In this document: in pieces, positions 28,001 to 37,419 of the stretch
Numbering within the stretch: position 1 is the stretch's first letter
Layout: each line of letters begins with the position of its first letter
Origin: Acidobacteriota bacterium
Lineage (GTDB): Bacteria; Acidobacteriota; Terriglobia; 2-12-FULL-54-10
NCBI GenBank assembly: GCA_016191085.1
Contig: JACPPJ010000013.1
Span: forward strand, 9,415-73,414
Direction: 5' to 3'
Length of the DNA stretch: 64,000 nucleotides
Made by a program: the position numbers and the translations under genes
The notes under the pieces: generated by a model
What the model was told of the DNA's origin: nothing
The model's input: only the letters and a program-made list of their open reading frames with translations
Databases searched by the model: none

Positions 28001-29275
28001 GTGAACATCTACTTCATCGTGATCGCCGGTACGCTGCTCTTCGGCTTCATGTTCTTCGCGGTGGATTTTGGCCGCTTGTACTTGATTCAAGCCGAACTGC
28101 AGACCGCCGCCGATGCCGCAGCGCTCGCTGCCGCCAAGGGGCTGGTGGGAACAGCGAATTCCACCGTGCACGCGACCCAGCAGTTGAACGCGTCTTTTGA
28201 TAACACGGACGCAGGCGATAACCGCGTCAACCTGCGCCAGAACCAGCTTGGCGCGGGAGCCAGCGGATTCGACCCGCAGATTTCGTTTGACTTCTTCTCC
28301 ACGCGTACCGACGCGCTCTCGGCGGGCGGCAGCGGAGGCGCGACGGGGGCGGATGCGAAGTACGTGCGCGTCACGATGAGCGTTCAGGTACCGCTGTTCT
28401 TCGGGAAATTCATCAACACCAATTTGCTGAACCAAACGGTGGTGGCCTCGGCGGTAGCCGGCATGAGCGGACCTGTATGCAGCGCATGCGGGATTGATTC
28501 GCTCGCTGTTGTGGACCCCAGCGGCGGCTCCGACCCGGTGAACTTCGGCCTTTCGCCCGGCAACTTCTACACGCTGTACCTGACGAACTCGCTCGCGACC
28601 AGCACCGGATGCAATGTCACTGCACCGTCGGCGCTCAACGGAACCGATGGAAATATCTTGCTGGAGTATACGGTTCTCAATCGCACGCCCGCTATTCAGC
28701 AGAGCGATCCGGACAGTACTTTATTCAGCCTTGGCGCCGGTGGCATGCAGCAGGCGGATAGCGTCGTCATCGGCCAGCCCGAGACACCGGCCGCGGACTC
28801 CTACTCGTCTTGCCCCGGTCAGGAGATCCTTTGCGGGTTGAATACGCGTTTCGGCGTAGACTCGTCGTTAAACGCATGCGGCGACGGCAGCATAGCCGGG
28901 GGCCTGTTTGTGACCATAGCTTCGCAGTATATGGCTGACACAGACGTGGGGGCGAACACGTACAATGCAGGCGTGGGCTTGCAGGATTTTGCGACGGAAT
29001 ACGACCTGGACGACGCGCCGAGCAACCTGCGCCGGGTGCTCACGGTCCCCCTGGTGGACAGCGTGGACTCGCTGAACGTGGTGAATTTTGCGCAGTTCCT
29101 GGTCGAGCCGTCGGACACGGTGAGTGAAGGAGTCGATCCGAGTCTCAACACCGGCGCGTTCCGCGCTCAGTACATCACGACGCTGAGCGGGTCTAGTCCT
29201 GTTCCGCTGCGTTGCGTCGGGAGTGGCGGCGAGTGCAACGTGCAGTTCGGCGCCGGGCGAACCGTTTTGCATTAG
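28001..29275 (+). CDS. TadG-like pilus assembly protein (TadE/G-like N-terminus)
   Basis: VNIYFIVIAGTLLFGFMFFAVDFGRLYLIQAELQTAADAAALAAAKGL is a Tad_N-type hydrophobic N-terminus. I place the start at in-frame GTG 28001, since the upstream part of the track ORF is the heptamer repeat. Confidence 0.7.
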   Translation: MNIYFIVIAGTLLFGFMFFAVDFGRLYLIQAELQTAADAAALAAAKGLVGTANSTVHATQQLNASFDNTDAGDNRVNLRQNQLGAGASGFDPQISFDFFSTRTDALSAGGSGGATGADAKYVRVTMSVQVPLFFGKFINTNLLNQTVVASAVAGMSGPVCSACGIDSLAVVDPSGGSDPVNFGLSPGNFYTLYLTNSLATSTGCNVTAPSALNGTDGNILLEYTVLNRTPAIQQSDPDSTLFSLGAGGMQQADSVVIGQPETPAADSYSSCPGQEILCGLNTRFGVDSSLNACGDGSIAGGLFVTIASQYMADTDVGANTYNAGVGLQDFATEYDLDDAPSNLRRVLTVPLVDSVDSLNVVNFAQFLVEPSDTVSEGVDPSLNTGAFRAQYITTLSGSSPVPLRCVGSGGECNVQFGAGRTVLH

Positions 29276-29277
29276 CC

Positions 29278-29829
29278 ATGCACGATGATATGGAAGATCT
29301 AAGGAAATCGCGAGCATCGGCGATGCTCCGCGATTGTCGCGGGCAAGTGGCCGTGGAGATGGCGTTCCTGGCGCCGGTGCTGCTGTTGATTCTCTTCGGG
29401 GCGTTTGAGCTGGGGCGCGTGTACTATACGTATCACTCGCTGCAAAAGGCGCTGCGCGGAGGCGCCGGCGTGCTGGCTCGCACTGGTAACGTAAACTATT
29501 GCGATTCGGGTGACGCCGCCATCATCGACATCAAGAACGTGATCGTATTCGGAAACCTGCAAGGCACAGGCGACCCTGTCATACAGGGGCTTACGCCGGA
29601 GATGGTTGTGATTACGCCCGAGCGCACGCAGTCGGATTCAACGACTGTTGACCTGTGCCCGTGCGGCGACACGACCGGCTGCGACCCCGCCTCCGGCGGA
29701 CGAGCGCCCGATTTCGTGGTGGTCAGTCTCGGGCCAACAGGGTTCCCCATGAACGTGGCGCTCGCGTACATCAACTTGGGCACCTTCTCGCTGAAGGTCT
29801 CCGTTCGCATGCCGGTCACGGCTGGGTAG
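29278..29829 (+). CDS. tadE: TadE-family pseudopilin
   Basis: RGQVAVEMAFLAPVLLLILFGAFELGRVYYTYHSLQKA is the TadE N-terminal motif. ATG 29278 lies just after the upstream stop. Confidence 0.75.
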   Translation: MHDDMEDLRKSRASAMLRDCRGQVAVEMAFLAPVLLLILFGAFELGRVYYTYHSLQKALRGGAGVLARTGNVNYCDSGDAAIIDIKNVIVFGNLQGTGDPVIQGLTPEMVVITPERTQSDSTTVDLCPCGDTTGCDPASGGRAPDFVVVSLGPTGFPMNVALAYINLGTFSLKVSVRMPVTAG

Positions 29830-29830
29830 T

Positions 29831-30364
29831 ATGCAGAGGATTGAAACACGTTCCGCCGCACGCCCGCAACGCCGGAAATGTGCCGGACAAGCCATGGTCG
29901 AGATGGCGTTGGTGTTGGCGATTTTGTTGCCGCTCACGCTCGGTATTGTGGCCATCATGGAGGTGGTCTGGACCTATCACGCGCTGGCCACGTTGACGCG
30001 CCAGGGCGCGCGATACGCCGCGATACACTGCTACCAGGATGACGCAGGCACGAACGTTGCCGATTGGATGAAGGTCAACGCACCGGCATTTCTCGACAAG
30101 CCGCAGATCGGCAGCACGGTGCAGATACAGGTGACATACTGGGCGCACGACTTCGCCAACCATTCCAGCCAGGCGTTCTCCTGCGGCTCAGCGTGCAGTC
30201 CCACGTGCGTTCCGGATTCGGTGACGGTCGGCATCAGCAATTATCAGTTCACCCATTTGCTGCCGCTGCTGGGTTTGGAGCCGCTGACGGTTCCGTCGTT
30301 CTCGACCACCGTAGAAGTGCAGAGCGCCGGAGGCGATCCGGAATTGGGCATTTCATTCCCTTGA
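29831..30364 (+). CDS. TadE/TadF-like pseudopilin
   Basis: GQAMVEMALVLAILLPLTLGIVAIMEVVWTYHALATLTRQGARYAA is a second TadE-type N-terminus. Confidence 0.75.
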   Translation: MQRIETRSAARPQRRKCAGQAMVEMALVLAILLPLTLGIVAIMEVVWTYHALATLTRQGARYAAIHCYQDDAGTNVADWMKVNAPAFLDKPQIGSTVQIQVTYWAHDFANHSSQAFSCGSACSPTCVPDSVTVGISNYQFTHLLPLLGLEPLTVPSFSTTVEVQSAGGDPELGISFP

Positions 30365-30370
30365 GGGTTC

Positions 30371-31552
30371 ATGGCGATTCAGTTGATCGTAGCTAGTCCC
30401 GAGCCGCGCTTCCGCGATTTCGCGCGCGAGCAGGTGGCGCATATCTCCACCGTAGAACTGGTGGCGGAGTACGAGGATGCCGGCGGCAATCTGCATGTGC
30501 GCATCTTACATGACCGTGAACTTTACCCCCACGCGGCGGTGCTGCTGGATATCTCATCCGATCCCGAGCAGGGCCTGAGCACGCTGGAGCGGTTGATCGA
30601 AGCCGCTCCGGGCATGTACGTGATCCTCTCAGATCACCAGATGAGCGGCGATTTCCTCCTGCGCGCGATGCGCATGGGGAGCTCCGATTTCCTGCAGCTA
30701 CCGCTGAAGCTCGCCGATTTTCACGAAGCCATGGCTCGCCTCGAACAGCACATGGCGCGCTTACATTCTCAGGAGCGGCAGATCGGGAAGATCTACAGCT
30801 TCGCATCCGTGAAAGGCGGCATAGGTGCAACGACCGCTGCAATCAATTTTGCCGCGATCTGTGCGCGGCAGGGTAAATCAACTGTGCTGCTCGACCTGGA
30901 TCTCGATTCCGGCGATGCTGCGGCGTATCTCGGCCTGCGGCACCAGTACTCGATCGCCGACGCGGTCGAAAATTTGGATCGGCTGGACCAATCCATGCTG
31001 GAAGGCATTCTGGCGCGCGATGCGCTGGGCTTTTCCGTGCTTTGCGCTCCGGAGGAGATAGAAAAGTCGCGTCTGATAGGCGAGCAGCAGGTTCGCGACA
31101 TCGCGTCTATTCTTGTGGAACGGTTCGATGTAGTGGTGGTGGACGGATCGCGCGGCTTGGACGGCCTGCTGCTGAGCTGCCTGGAACTTTCCAATTCCAT
31201 CTTCCTGATGCTCACGCAAGAGTTCCCGGCGCTGCGGAACGCGCAGCATTACTTGAACGCGCTGGTGCGCGCCGGATTCGGACACGAGGCGGTGAAGATC
31301 GTGGTAAACCGTCACGCCAAGCGCGGCGCCCTCTACGCCACACTGGAGCAGGTTCAGCAAACGCTCGGCATGAAGCCGTTTTGGGTGCTGCCGAACCAGT
31401 ACGAAGAAGCCATGAACGCCGTGCACGAAGCCCGCCCCATCGTCATGCGGGCCAAGAGCGAATTGGGCCAGTCTTATCGCGGCTTCGGCAAGAAGCTCGG
31501 CTTTGACGGCCAGCCTGCAAGTGCCGCGGCAACAGCAGGCCGAGGGAAGTGA
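30371..31552 (+). CDS. cpaE: CpaE/TadZ (receiver-like N-domain + MinD/ParA-type ATPase)
   Basis: Deviant Walker A context SFASVKGGIGATTAAINFAA...LLDLDLDSGDAAAYLGL. The N-terminal ~120 aa are receiver-like. Confidence 0.8.
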   Translation: MAIQLIVASPEPRFRDFAREQVAHISTVELVAEYEDAGGNLHVRILHDRELYPHAAVLLDISSDPEQGLSTLERLIEAAPGMYVILSDHQMSGDFLLRAMRMGSSDFLQLPLKLADFHEAMARLEQHMARLHSQERQIGKIYSFASVKGGIGATTAAINFAAICARQGKSTVLLDLDLDSGDAAAYLGLRHQYSIADAVENLDRLDQSMLEGILARDALGFSVLCAPEEIEKSRLIGEQQVRDIASILVERFDVVVVDGSRGLDGLLLSCLELSNSIFLMLTQEFPALRNAQHYLNALVRAGFGHEAVKIVVNRHAKRGALYATLEQVQQTLGMKPFWVLPNQYEEAMNAVHEARPIVMRAKSELGQSYRGFGKKLGFDGQPASAAATAGRGK

Positions 31553-31577
31553 ATTATTGTGAATCGTGCGGATGAAA

Positions 31578-31733
31578 GGCATGGCTTTAGCCATGCCGAA
31601 ATCGTAGCTTAAGGTTGCGGCTTTAGCCGCTGAGGGACACGGCTAGACCTCAGGGGCTAAAGCCGTCTCTTCCGGCTTCTAATCGGCACGCCTGAAGGCG
31701 TGCCCTTCCGTCACTCGCGTCCGCGAAGCGAGT
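31578..31733. repeat. Nested-palindrome repeat element, copy 4, plus heptamer hairpin
   Basis: GGCATGGCTTTAGCCATGCC ... GCGGCTTTAGCCGCTGAGG-(12 nt)-CCTCAGGGGCTAAAGCC ... GGCACGCCTGAAGGCGTGCCC, then CACTCGC-gtccgcgaa-GCGAGTG (31711-31733). Confidence 0.9.
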
Positions 31734-31746
31734 GTTAGATTGAATT

Positions 31747-33078
31747 ATGAGTCTTTCACCGCGCCAGTTTCGAGGCCGCCAGGGGATAAAATCTCGGACG
31801 CCCACCGGCTCATCGGAGCGATACTTCGATCTGAAGACCAAGGTCCATCGAAAGCTCCTCGATTCGCTGAACACGGACACGTTGAAGCTGATCAGCAAGG
31901 AGCGGCTGCGGGTCGAGATCGGCAGCGCGGTGGAGCAGTTGCTGCTGAAAGAAAACATCCCGATGACGCTGCCCGAGCGGGACCGCATCATCGAGGAAAT
32001 TCTGGATGAAGTGTTCGGCCTCGGCCCGCTGGAACCGCTGTTGAAGGACCCGGCCATCACGGAGATCCTCGCAAACAACGCCCGCAAGGTTTACATTGAG
32101 CGCAACGGCGTGCTTCACCGCACCAACGTACAATTCAAGGATGACCGGCACCTGCTGCACATCATCGAGAAGATAGTTGCTGCGGCGGGGCGGCGCATTG
32201 ATGAAGCCAACCCCATTGTGGACGCGCGCATGGCGGACGGATCGCGTCTGACGGCGGCGATTCCTCCCGTCGTGCTCGATGGTCCTTCTCTCGCCATCCG
32301 GCGGTTCGGCGGCCATGTCCTGACCAACGAAGAATTGATTCAGAACGGCACTCTCTCGCCTGCGATGTTGCAATTGATGGGCGGTTGCGTGAGAGCGCGG
32401 TTAAACCTCGTCGTGTCGGGCGGCGCGGGCAGCGGCAAGACCACACTGCTGAACGCTCTGTCGCGATTCATTCCCGAGACGGAGCGCATCGTCACGATCG
32501 AAGATGCGGCCGAGTTGATGATGCAGCAGCGGCATCTCGTAAGGCTGGAAACGCGCCCTGCAAACATCGAAGGCCAAGGCGCCATCACACAACGCGACTT
32601 GGTTATCAACGCTCTGCGTATGCGGCCGGATCGTATCGTGGTTGGCGAGGCCCGGGGCGCAGAGGCGCTCGATATGCTACAGGCGATGAACACAGGCCAC
32701 GACGGCTCTATGACCACCATTCACGCCAACTCGCCGCGCGACTGTTTCCATCGCATCGAGACGATGGTGCTGATGGCGAACGTCGGCCTCACCGAGCCGG
32801 TGATTCGCCAGCAGATCGTTTCGGCCATCCAGTTGGATGTACAGATGGTCCGGCTGCACGACGGCTCGCGCAAGGTATCCAGCATCGCCGAGTTGGTAGG
32901 GCTCGATGCCGACGGCGTGATTGTGGAGGAGATTTTCCGATTTGAGCGCACCGGGGTGGACCAGAACAAGCGCGTGACAGGCCGCTTCCGTGCTAGCGGC
33001 TATCGGCCGCAGTTCCTCGACCGGTTGCATGCAGCAGGCGTGGACCTGCCGGACAGTTTGTTTGCTGAGGCGGAATAG
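31747..33078 (+). CDS. cpaF: CpaF/TadA secretion ATPase (locus copy)
   Basis: Walker [20 protein letters not shown], and the canonical His-box [15 protein letters not shown]. Confidence 0.92.
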   Translation: MSLSPRQFRGRQGIKSRTPTGSSERYFDLKTKVHRKLLDSLNTDTLKLISKERLRVEIGSAVEQLLLKENIPMTLPERDRIIEEILDEVFGLGPLEPLLKDPAITEILANNARKVYIERNGVLHRTNVQFKDDRHLLHIIEKIVAAAGRRIDEANPIVDARMADGSRLTAAIPPVVLDGPSLAIRRFGGHVLTNEELIQNGTLSPAMLQLMGGCVRARLNLVVSGGAGSGKTTLLNALSRFIPETERIVTIEDAAELMMQQRHLVRLETRPANIEGQGAITQRDLVINALRMRPDRIVVGEARGAEALDMLQAMNTGHDGSMTTIHANSPRDCFHRIETMVLMANVGLTEPVIRQQIVSAIQLDVQMVRLHDGSRKVSSIAELVGLDADGVIVEEIFRFERTGVDQNKRVTGRFRASGYRPQFLDRLHAAGVDLPDSLFAEAE

Positions 33079-33108
33079 CGTGGCATCGCGTTGGAGCGTG
33101 TTGAAGAA

Positions 33109-33332
33109 GGGCATGACTAATACGTACGCGGCTTTAGCCGCTGGGGGTTTGAACCTCAGGGCCTAAAGGCCAGAGTTCCAGGATGCAGCGGCGCACGGCT
33201 GAAAAGTGTGAAACCCTGCTATGGCTGACCTCAGCGGCTAAAGCCGAATTGATATTGCGCGACTTGCGGCACGACTGAAGTCGTGCCCTTCCGCAAATCC
33301 GACGTTATCACACACACTCTGAAGCCGTGCCC
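33109..33332. repeat. Nested-palindrome repeat element, copy 5 (extended/compound)
   Basis: GCGGCTTTAGCCGCTGGGG ... CCTCAGGGCCTAAAGGCC ... CCTCAGCGGCTAAAGCC ... GGCACGACTGAAGTCGTGCCC ... CTGAAGCCGTGCCC. The right part is an inverted copy of 24560-24668. Confidence 0.85.
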
Positions 33333-33347
33333 TTACAGAAACGTACA

Positions 33348-34313
33348 ATGATAACCATTCTGACAGTTTTGATTTTTACCGGCGCGTTCTTCGCGGCGGC
33401 GGAGTACGCCTGGTGGGGGCCCGAGCGTCGCCTGCATCGCGGCGTGCAAAAAAGATTGAGAACTCTGCGCGTGGAATCGGGCGGACGCCGCCCCCGGTCC
33501 TTGCTGCGTGAGCAGCAGTTGAGCGGCGTTTCGTTCATTCATGATCTCTACGCACGCCTCTCGATCATGAACAGGCTGCAGTCGATCATTGACCAGGGCA
33601 AGCTGCCGTACCGCGCGGGCAACATCGTCACACTCAGCGTAATCATCTTTGCGGCCGCGTATCTCGCGGCAGATCTTCTCGGACTATTCCCGTTCGCTGT
33701 ACTGCGAATCCTGTTTGCCTTTGGCTGCGCTACGCTGCCCTACGTGTATGTATGGATGATACGGCAGCGGCGGATGCGGAACATTGAACAGATGCTGCCC
33801 GATGCGATTGACCTGTTCACTCGCGCCATGCGCGCCGGTCACAACATCCACAGCGGGCTCCAGGTGCTGGCGGAGGAGACGCATGACCCGCTTGCCGGAG
33901 AGTGCAGAAAGATGGTGGAGGAGCTGGCGCTGGGCTCCACGGTGGAGGAGGCGCTGCACAATCTGAGCGACCGCGTGCCGCTGCTCGACATGCGCTTTTT
34001 TGCAACGGCCGTGGTGCTGCAGCGCGAGACCGGAGCAAACATCGTGATGGTGATGGAGAACCTCTCAATGGTGATCCGCGAGCGGCTGCAACTGCGAGCG
34101 CGGCTCCGCGCGCACACGGCGCAGCAGCGCTTTTCCGCCGGGTTGCTGTGCAGCTTGCCGCTCCTGACCGGTATCGTGTTTTACGTCTATCGTTACGACT
34201 ACATCTCGCTTTTGTGGACAACGCCCCTGGGCTCGAAGATGCTGACGTACTTGGTGATCTCGGAAATTGTCGGAATTCTGTGGGTCCGCAAGGTCCTGTC
34301 GGTGAGGTTCTGA
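33348..34313 (+). CDS. tadB: TadB (type II secretion system F-family platform protein)
   Basis: T2SSF-domain pattern (LPDAIDLFTRAMRAGHNIHSGLQVL...) with N- and C-terminal TM helices. ATG 33348 is preferred, because the track start lies inside the repeat. Confidence 0.85.
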   Translation: MITILTVLIFTGAFFAAAEYAWWGPERRLHRGVQKRLRTLRVESGGRRPRSLLREQQLSGVSFIHDLYARLSIMNRLQSIIDQGKLPYRAGNIVTLSVIIFAAAYLAADLLGLFPFAVLRILFAFGCATLPYVYVWMIRQRRMRNIEQMLPDAIDLFTRAMRAGHNIHSGLQVLAEETHDPLAGECRKMVEELALGSTVEEALHNLSDRVPLLDMRFFATAVVLQRETGANIVMVMENLSMVIRERLQLRARLRAHTAQQRFSAGLLCSLPLLTGIVFYVYRYDYISLLWTTPLGSKMLTYLVISEIVGILWVRKVLSVRF

Positions 34314-34314
34314 G

Positions 34315-35238
34315 ATGCCCGCATCAATGACTTTGCTGTTTTTCCTCAGCACGCTTGCGTGCTTTACTCTGTTCGTCGCGGGTGTGCAGTACTATCTGCG
34401 CACGCGCAACGATCCACTGGCGCGGCGCATCGAGGACTTGCAGGAACAGTCTATGGGCGCAAGCTCCGGCCCTCGCACCAGTGGCGACGTCTGGGATCTG
34501 TTGCTGGAGTCCACCTACGGACTAGTGTTCGGGCGAACCTGGTTCCGCCAGAAGGAAACCGAGTTGATGCGAGCCGGAATCCGGGGGCCATATGCGGTGA
34601 AACTCTATGGCGTCGTATCCCTGTTCTTGACGGTATTGCTGGTGTTTGCCGCGTATTGGTACTTGAAGAACGGCGACGTCGCGACGCTCCTCTTTGGCCT
34701 GGCAGGGGCTCTGGCGTTAGGCTACTTTCTCCCCGAACAGGTGGTAACCTCACTGCGCAACCGGCACCGGCTCAGCTTGATGGCGGCATTGCCGGATACC
34801 ACCGATATTCTCTCCATTGTGCTTGGAGCGGGCCTATCGCTGGACCAGGCGATCGCGCGCGTCAGCGAAGAGATCCGCTTCGTATACCCGGAACTAGCCG
34901 ATGAGTTTTACTGGATGACTCTCGAGGTCCAGGCCGGTCAGGACCGTGCGGTGGCCTTTCAGCACATGGCGCAGCGGACCGGCCTGCTTGACATCCGCTC
35001 GCTGGCCAGTATGATTGTGCAGGCGGAACGATTCGGCACGGGTCTTTCCCAAGCGTTACGTATCTACGCGGATTACTTACGTACGAAGCGGCGGCTGATG
35101 ATGGAGGAAAAGATCAATAAAGTGCCGATCAAGATGCTCTTTCCCATTGTGCTGTGCATCTTGCTGCCGTTCATCTTCATTGAGATTATTGGTCCGGGCT
35201 TTCTGATGATCTTGAGAGATCTTCAATCACTTCGATAG
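34315..35238 (+). CDS. tadC: TadC (type II secretion system F-family platform protein)
   Basis: Second T2SSF-domain protein (LPDTTDILSIVLGAGLSLDQAIARV...), directly after tadB. Confidence 0.85.
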   Translation: MPASMTLLFFLSTLACFTLFVAGVQYYLRTRNDPLARRIEDLQEQSMGASSGPRTSGDVWDLLLESTYGLVFGRTWFRQKETELMRAGIRGPYAVKLYGVVSLFLTVLLVFAAYWYLKNGDVATLLFGLAGALALGYFLPEQVVTSLRNRHRLSLMAALPDTTDILSIVLGAGLSLDQAIARVSEEIRFVYPELADEFYWMTLEVQAGQDRAVAFQHMAQRTGLLDIRSLASMIVQAERFGTGLSQALRIYADYLRTKRRLMMEEKINKVPIKMLFPIVLCILLPFIFIEIIGPGFLMILRDLQSLR

Positions 35239-35246
35239 GGGGAGCA

Positions 35247-35408
35247 ATGAGCACACTCATTCCTTTGCTGGCTCAGGCGGCTACCGAACCCGGAGGAGCG
35301 GATAACACATCTATGATCCGGATTATTGCAGGCATCCTGGCGCTGTTGTGCGTGATAGCGATCATCATCCGTCGCAAGAAAAAAGCGTCGAAAGAAGATT
35401 GGTCGTAG
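35247..35408 (+). CDS. Candidate 53-aa single-TM mini-protein
   Basis: Below the track cut-off. Own translation: MSTLIPLLAQAATEPGGADNTSMIRIIAGILALLCVIAIIIRRKKKASKEDWS. A purine run GGGGGAG lies just upstream, and the ORF starts 8 nt after the tadC stop. Coding status unproven. Confidence 0.35.
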   Translation: MSTLIPLLAQAATEPGGADNTSMIRIIAGILALLCVIAIIIRRKKKASKEDWS

Positions 35409-35433
35409 GGTTCTCAACATTGCTGCGAGCCCG

Positions 35434-35709
35434 CTAAGGCTCGGCTGTTGTAGGGTCGATGACGTTCTTTACTTGCGAGATCCGGTTGGCGGGAAATCCG
35501 CCGGCGCGCGCGTGCTCCCGCACCATCTCCTCATTAGGCGCGATGTACACGCAATAGATTTTATCGTCTGTAACATAGCTGTGGAGCCATTGTATTTCCG
35601 GCCCCATATTTCTGAGCACTCCGCAGGACTTCTGAGAGATGGCCTGAAGCTCTTGGGCGCCGAGTTTCCCGGCTCCCGGGAGTTCGCGTTCAATCACGTA
35701 CTTGGGCAT
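35434..35709 (-). CDS. DUF4242 domain protein
   Basis: MPKYVIERELPGAGKL...EIQWLHSYVTDDKIYCVYIAPNEEMVREHARAGGFPANRISQV matches DUF4242 as I recall it. Confidence 0.7.
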   Translation of the reverse strand: MPKYVIERELPGAGKLGAQELQAISQKSCGVLRNMGPEIQWLHSYVTDDKIYCVYIAPNEEMVREHARAGGFPANRISQVKNVIDPTTAEP

Positions 35710-35778
35710 CTATTGTCTCCTTCCCATCTGAATTGGATCATGATCTGATCGGTTTATACCTCTGAGGAACGCTCGGAA

Positions 35779-35923
35779 GGGCACGGCTTCAGCCGTGCCG
35801 TGATGATTCCGTTAAGGACACCGGCTTTAGCCGCTGAGGGTTCCTTTACGGGTTCTCGACCGTGACCTCAGCGGCTGAAGCCGCCCTTCTCCGTTGCCAG
35901 TCGGCACGGCTGAAGCCGTGCCC
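35779..35923. repeat. Nested-palindrome repeat element, copy 6
   Basis: GGGCACGGCTTCAGCCGTGCC ... CCGGCTTTAGCCGCTGAGG-(26 nt)-CCTCAGCGGCTGAAGCC ... GGCACGGCTGAAGCCGTGCCC. Confidence 0.9.
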
Positions 35924-35958
35924 TTCCGCCATTCACTGGCAGGAATGCGAAAAATGCT

Positions 35959-36552
35959 TTAGTGAAACTGGGCGTAGACTTCTGACGAGCCGCCGTGACG
36001 GTTTGCCACCCTCGCCAGAACAAACAAGAGATCGGAAACGCGGTTCAGATAAATGACCGCCTGATCATTCACTTTTTCCGCTCTTGAGAGGCTTACAATG
36101 CACCGCTCCGCCCGTCTCGCGACCGCCCGCGCAACGTGCAGCAACGCTCCCGTCTCATTTCCTGCGGGCAGGATAAATTCCTTCAGCGCAGGAAGCGTCT
36201 GGTTGTAGTGATCAATCTGCTTTTCGATCATCTCGACTTCAGCTTTGCTGATGCGTCGAATAGAAGCGGCGGCGGCCGGCGCCGCGTCAGGCGTGGCCAG
36301 ATCCGCTCCCAACACAAACAGGTCGTTCTGGACTTGTTCCAGGAGTTGCTGTATTTCCGTTCCGACAATCTTGGTCCGGACGAGCCCTAGCAGGGAGTTC
36401 AATTCATCAACTTCACCGTAGGCACAGACGCGCGGCGAATCTTTCCAGGCGCGATCGCCGTTTGCGAGGCTGGTCTGACCCTGATCGCCGGTCCGCGTGT
36501 AGACTTTGGTAATGCGCGTTAACCTGTGCCCGGTATCTGTGGATCGTGCCAT
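35959..36552 (-). CDS. ATP:cob(I)alamin adenosyltransferase, PduO type
   Basis: ITKVYTRTGDQGQTSL N-terminal motif and a helical-bundle remainder typical of PduO/MMAB-type transferases. Confidence 0.88.
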   Translation of the reverse strand: MARSTDTGHRLTRITKVYTRTGDQGQTSLANGDRAWKDSPRVCAYGEVDELNSLLGLVRTKIVGTEIQQLLEQVQNDLFVLGADLATPDAAPAAAASIRRISKAEVEMIEKQIDHYNQTLPALKEFILPAGNETGALLHVARAVARRAERCIVSLSRAEKVNDQAVIYLNRVSDLLFVLARVANRHGGSSEVYAQFH

Positions 36553-36570
36553 TATGCCCCTTCTGGCGCC

Positions 36571-37419
36571 CTATGGCGCGACAATCATATTGTCTATCAG
36601 GCGCGTTTTGCCGAATTGCACAGCGACGGCCACAAGCACTTCTTTGTCAATTTCGCGCAGACCCGCCAAGGTATCGCGATCCACCACACGAGCATAGTCC
36701 AGTTCCGCACCCGGGGCAGATTGGATCATTTCCCGCATTTTCGCTTCAACGTTGGGTGCGTCTCGCGTGCCGGACTGGATCATCTCACGCGCCCGCTGTA
36801 ACGCGCGATATAGGATGGTCGCGTTGGAGCGCTCGCCGGGACTGAGGTAAGCGTTGCGCGAACTCATGGCCAAGCCATCGGGCTCACGCACAGTCGGGCA
36901 GGCCTCGATCGTAATAGGGAAGTTGAGGTCACGGACCATACTCCGGATGACCGCCAGTTGCTGGGCATCTTTTTGCCCGAAAAAAGCGCGGTCCGCAGGA
37001 ATGATGTGAAACAGCTTAGCCACGACAGTGGTCACGCCATTAAAATGGCCGGGCCGCGACGCACCACATAATGTTTCCCCCAGGTTGCCGGCACATACAG
37101 AAATCAGCGGTGGTGATGGATATATCTCAGCCGTCTCGGGATGAAACACAGCGTCAACCTGTTCACGTTCCAGCAGCGAGAGATCGCGATCAAAGTCCCT
37201 GGGGTAGCGCTGGTAGTCTTCGCCCGGCCCAAATTGGAGCGGATTTATGAAGACGCTGGCAATGACACGGCCGCAGGTCTGGCGCGCGCGCCGGACGAGG
37301 CTCAGATGACCTTCGTGCAAAGCACCCATGGTAGGAACCAAGCCGATGGATTTGCCTTCGGCGCGTTGCCTCTGAACCCATTCTGTGGCTGCGGGAATGG
37401 TCCGGACCACCGCGGTCAT
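36571..37419 (-). CDS. panC: Pantoate-beta-alanine ligase
   Basis: GLVPTMGALHEGHLSL (HIGH-like motif), FVNPLQFGP, and GHFNGVTTVVAKLF. Confidence 0.95.
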   Translation of the reverse strand: MTAVVRTIPAATEWVQRQRAEGKSIGLVPTMGALHEGHLSLVRRARQTCGRVIASVFINPLQFGPGEDYQRYPRDFDRDLSLLEREQVDAVFHPETAEIYPSPPLISVCAGNLGETLCGASRPGHFNGVTTVVAKLFHIIPADRAFFGQKDAQQLAVIRSMVRDLNFPITIEACPTVREPDGLAMSSRNAYLSPGERSNATILYRALQRAREMIQSGTRDAPNVEAKMREMIQSAPGAELDYARVVDRDTLAGLREIDKEVLVAVAVQFGKTRLIDNMIVAP

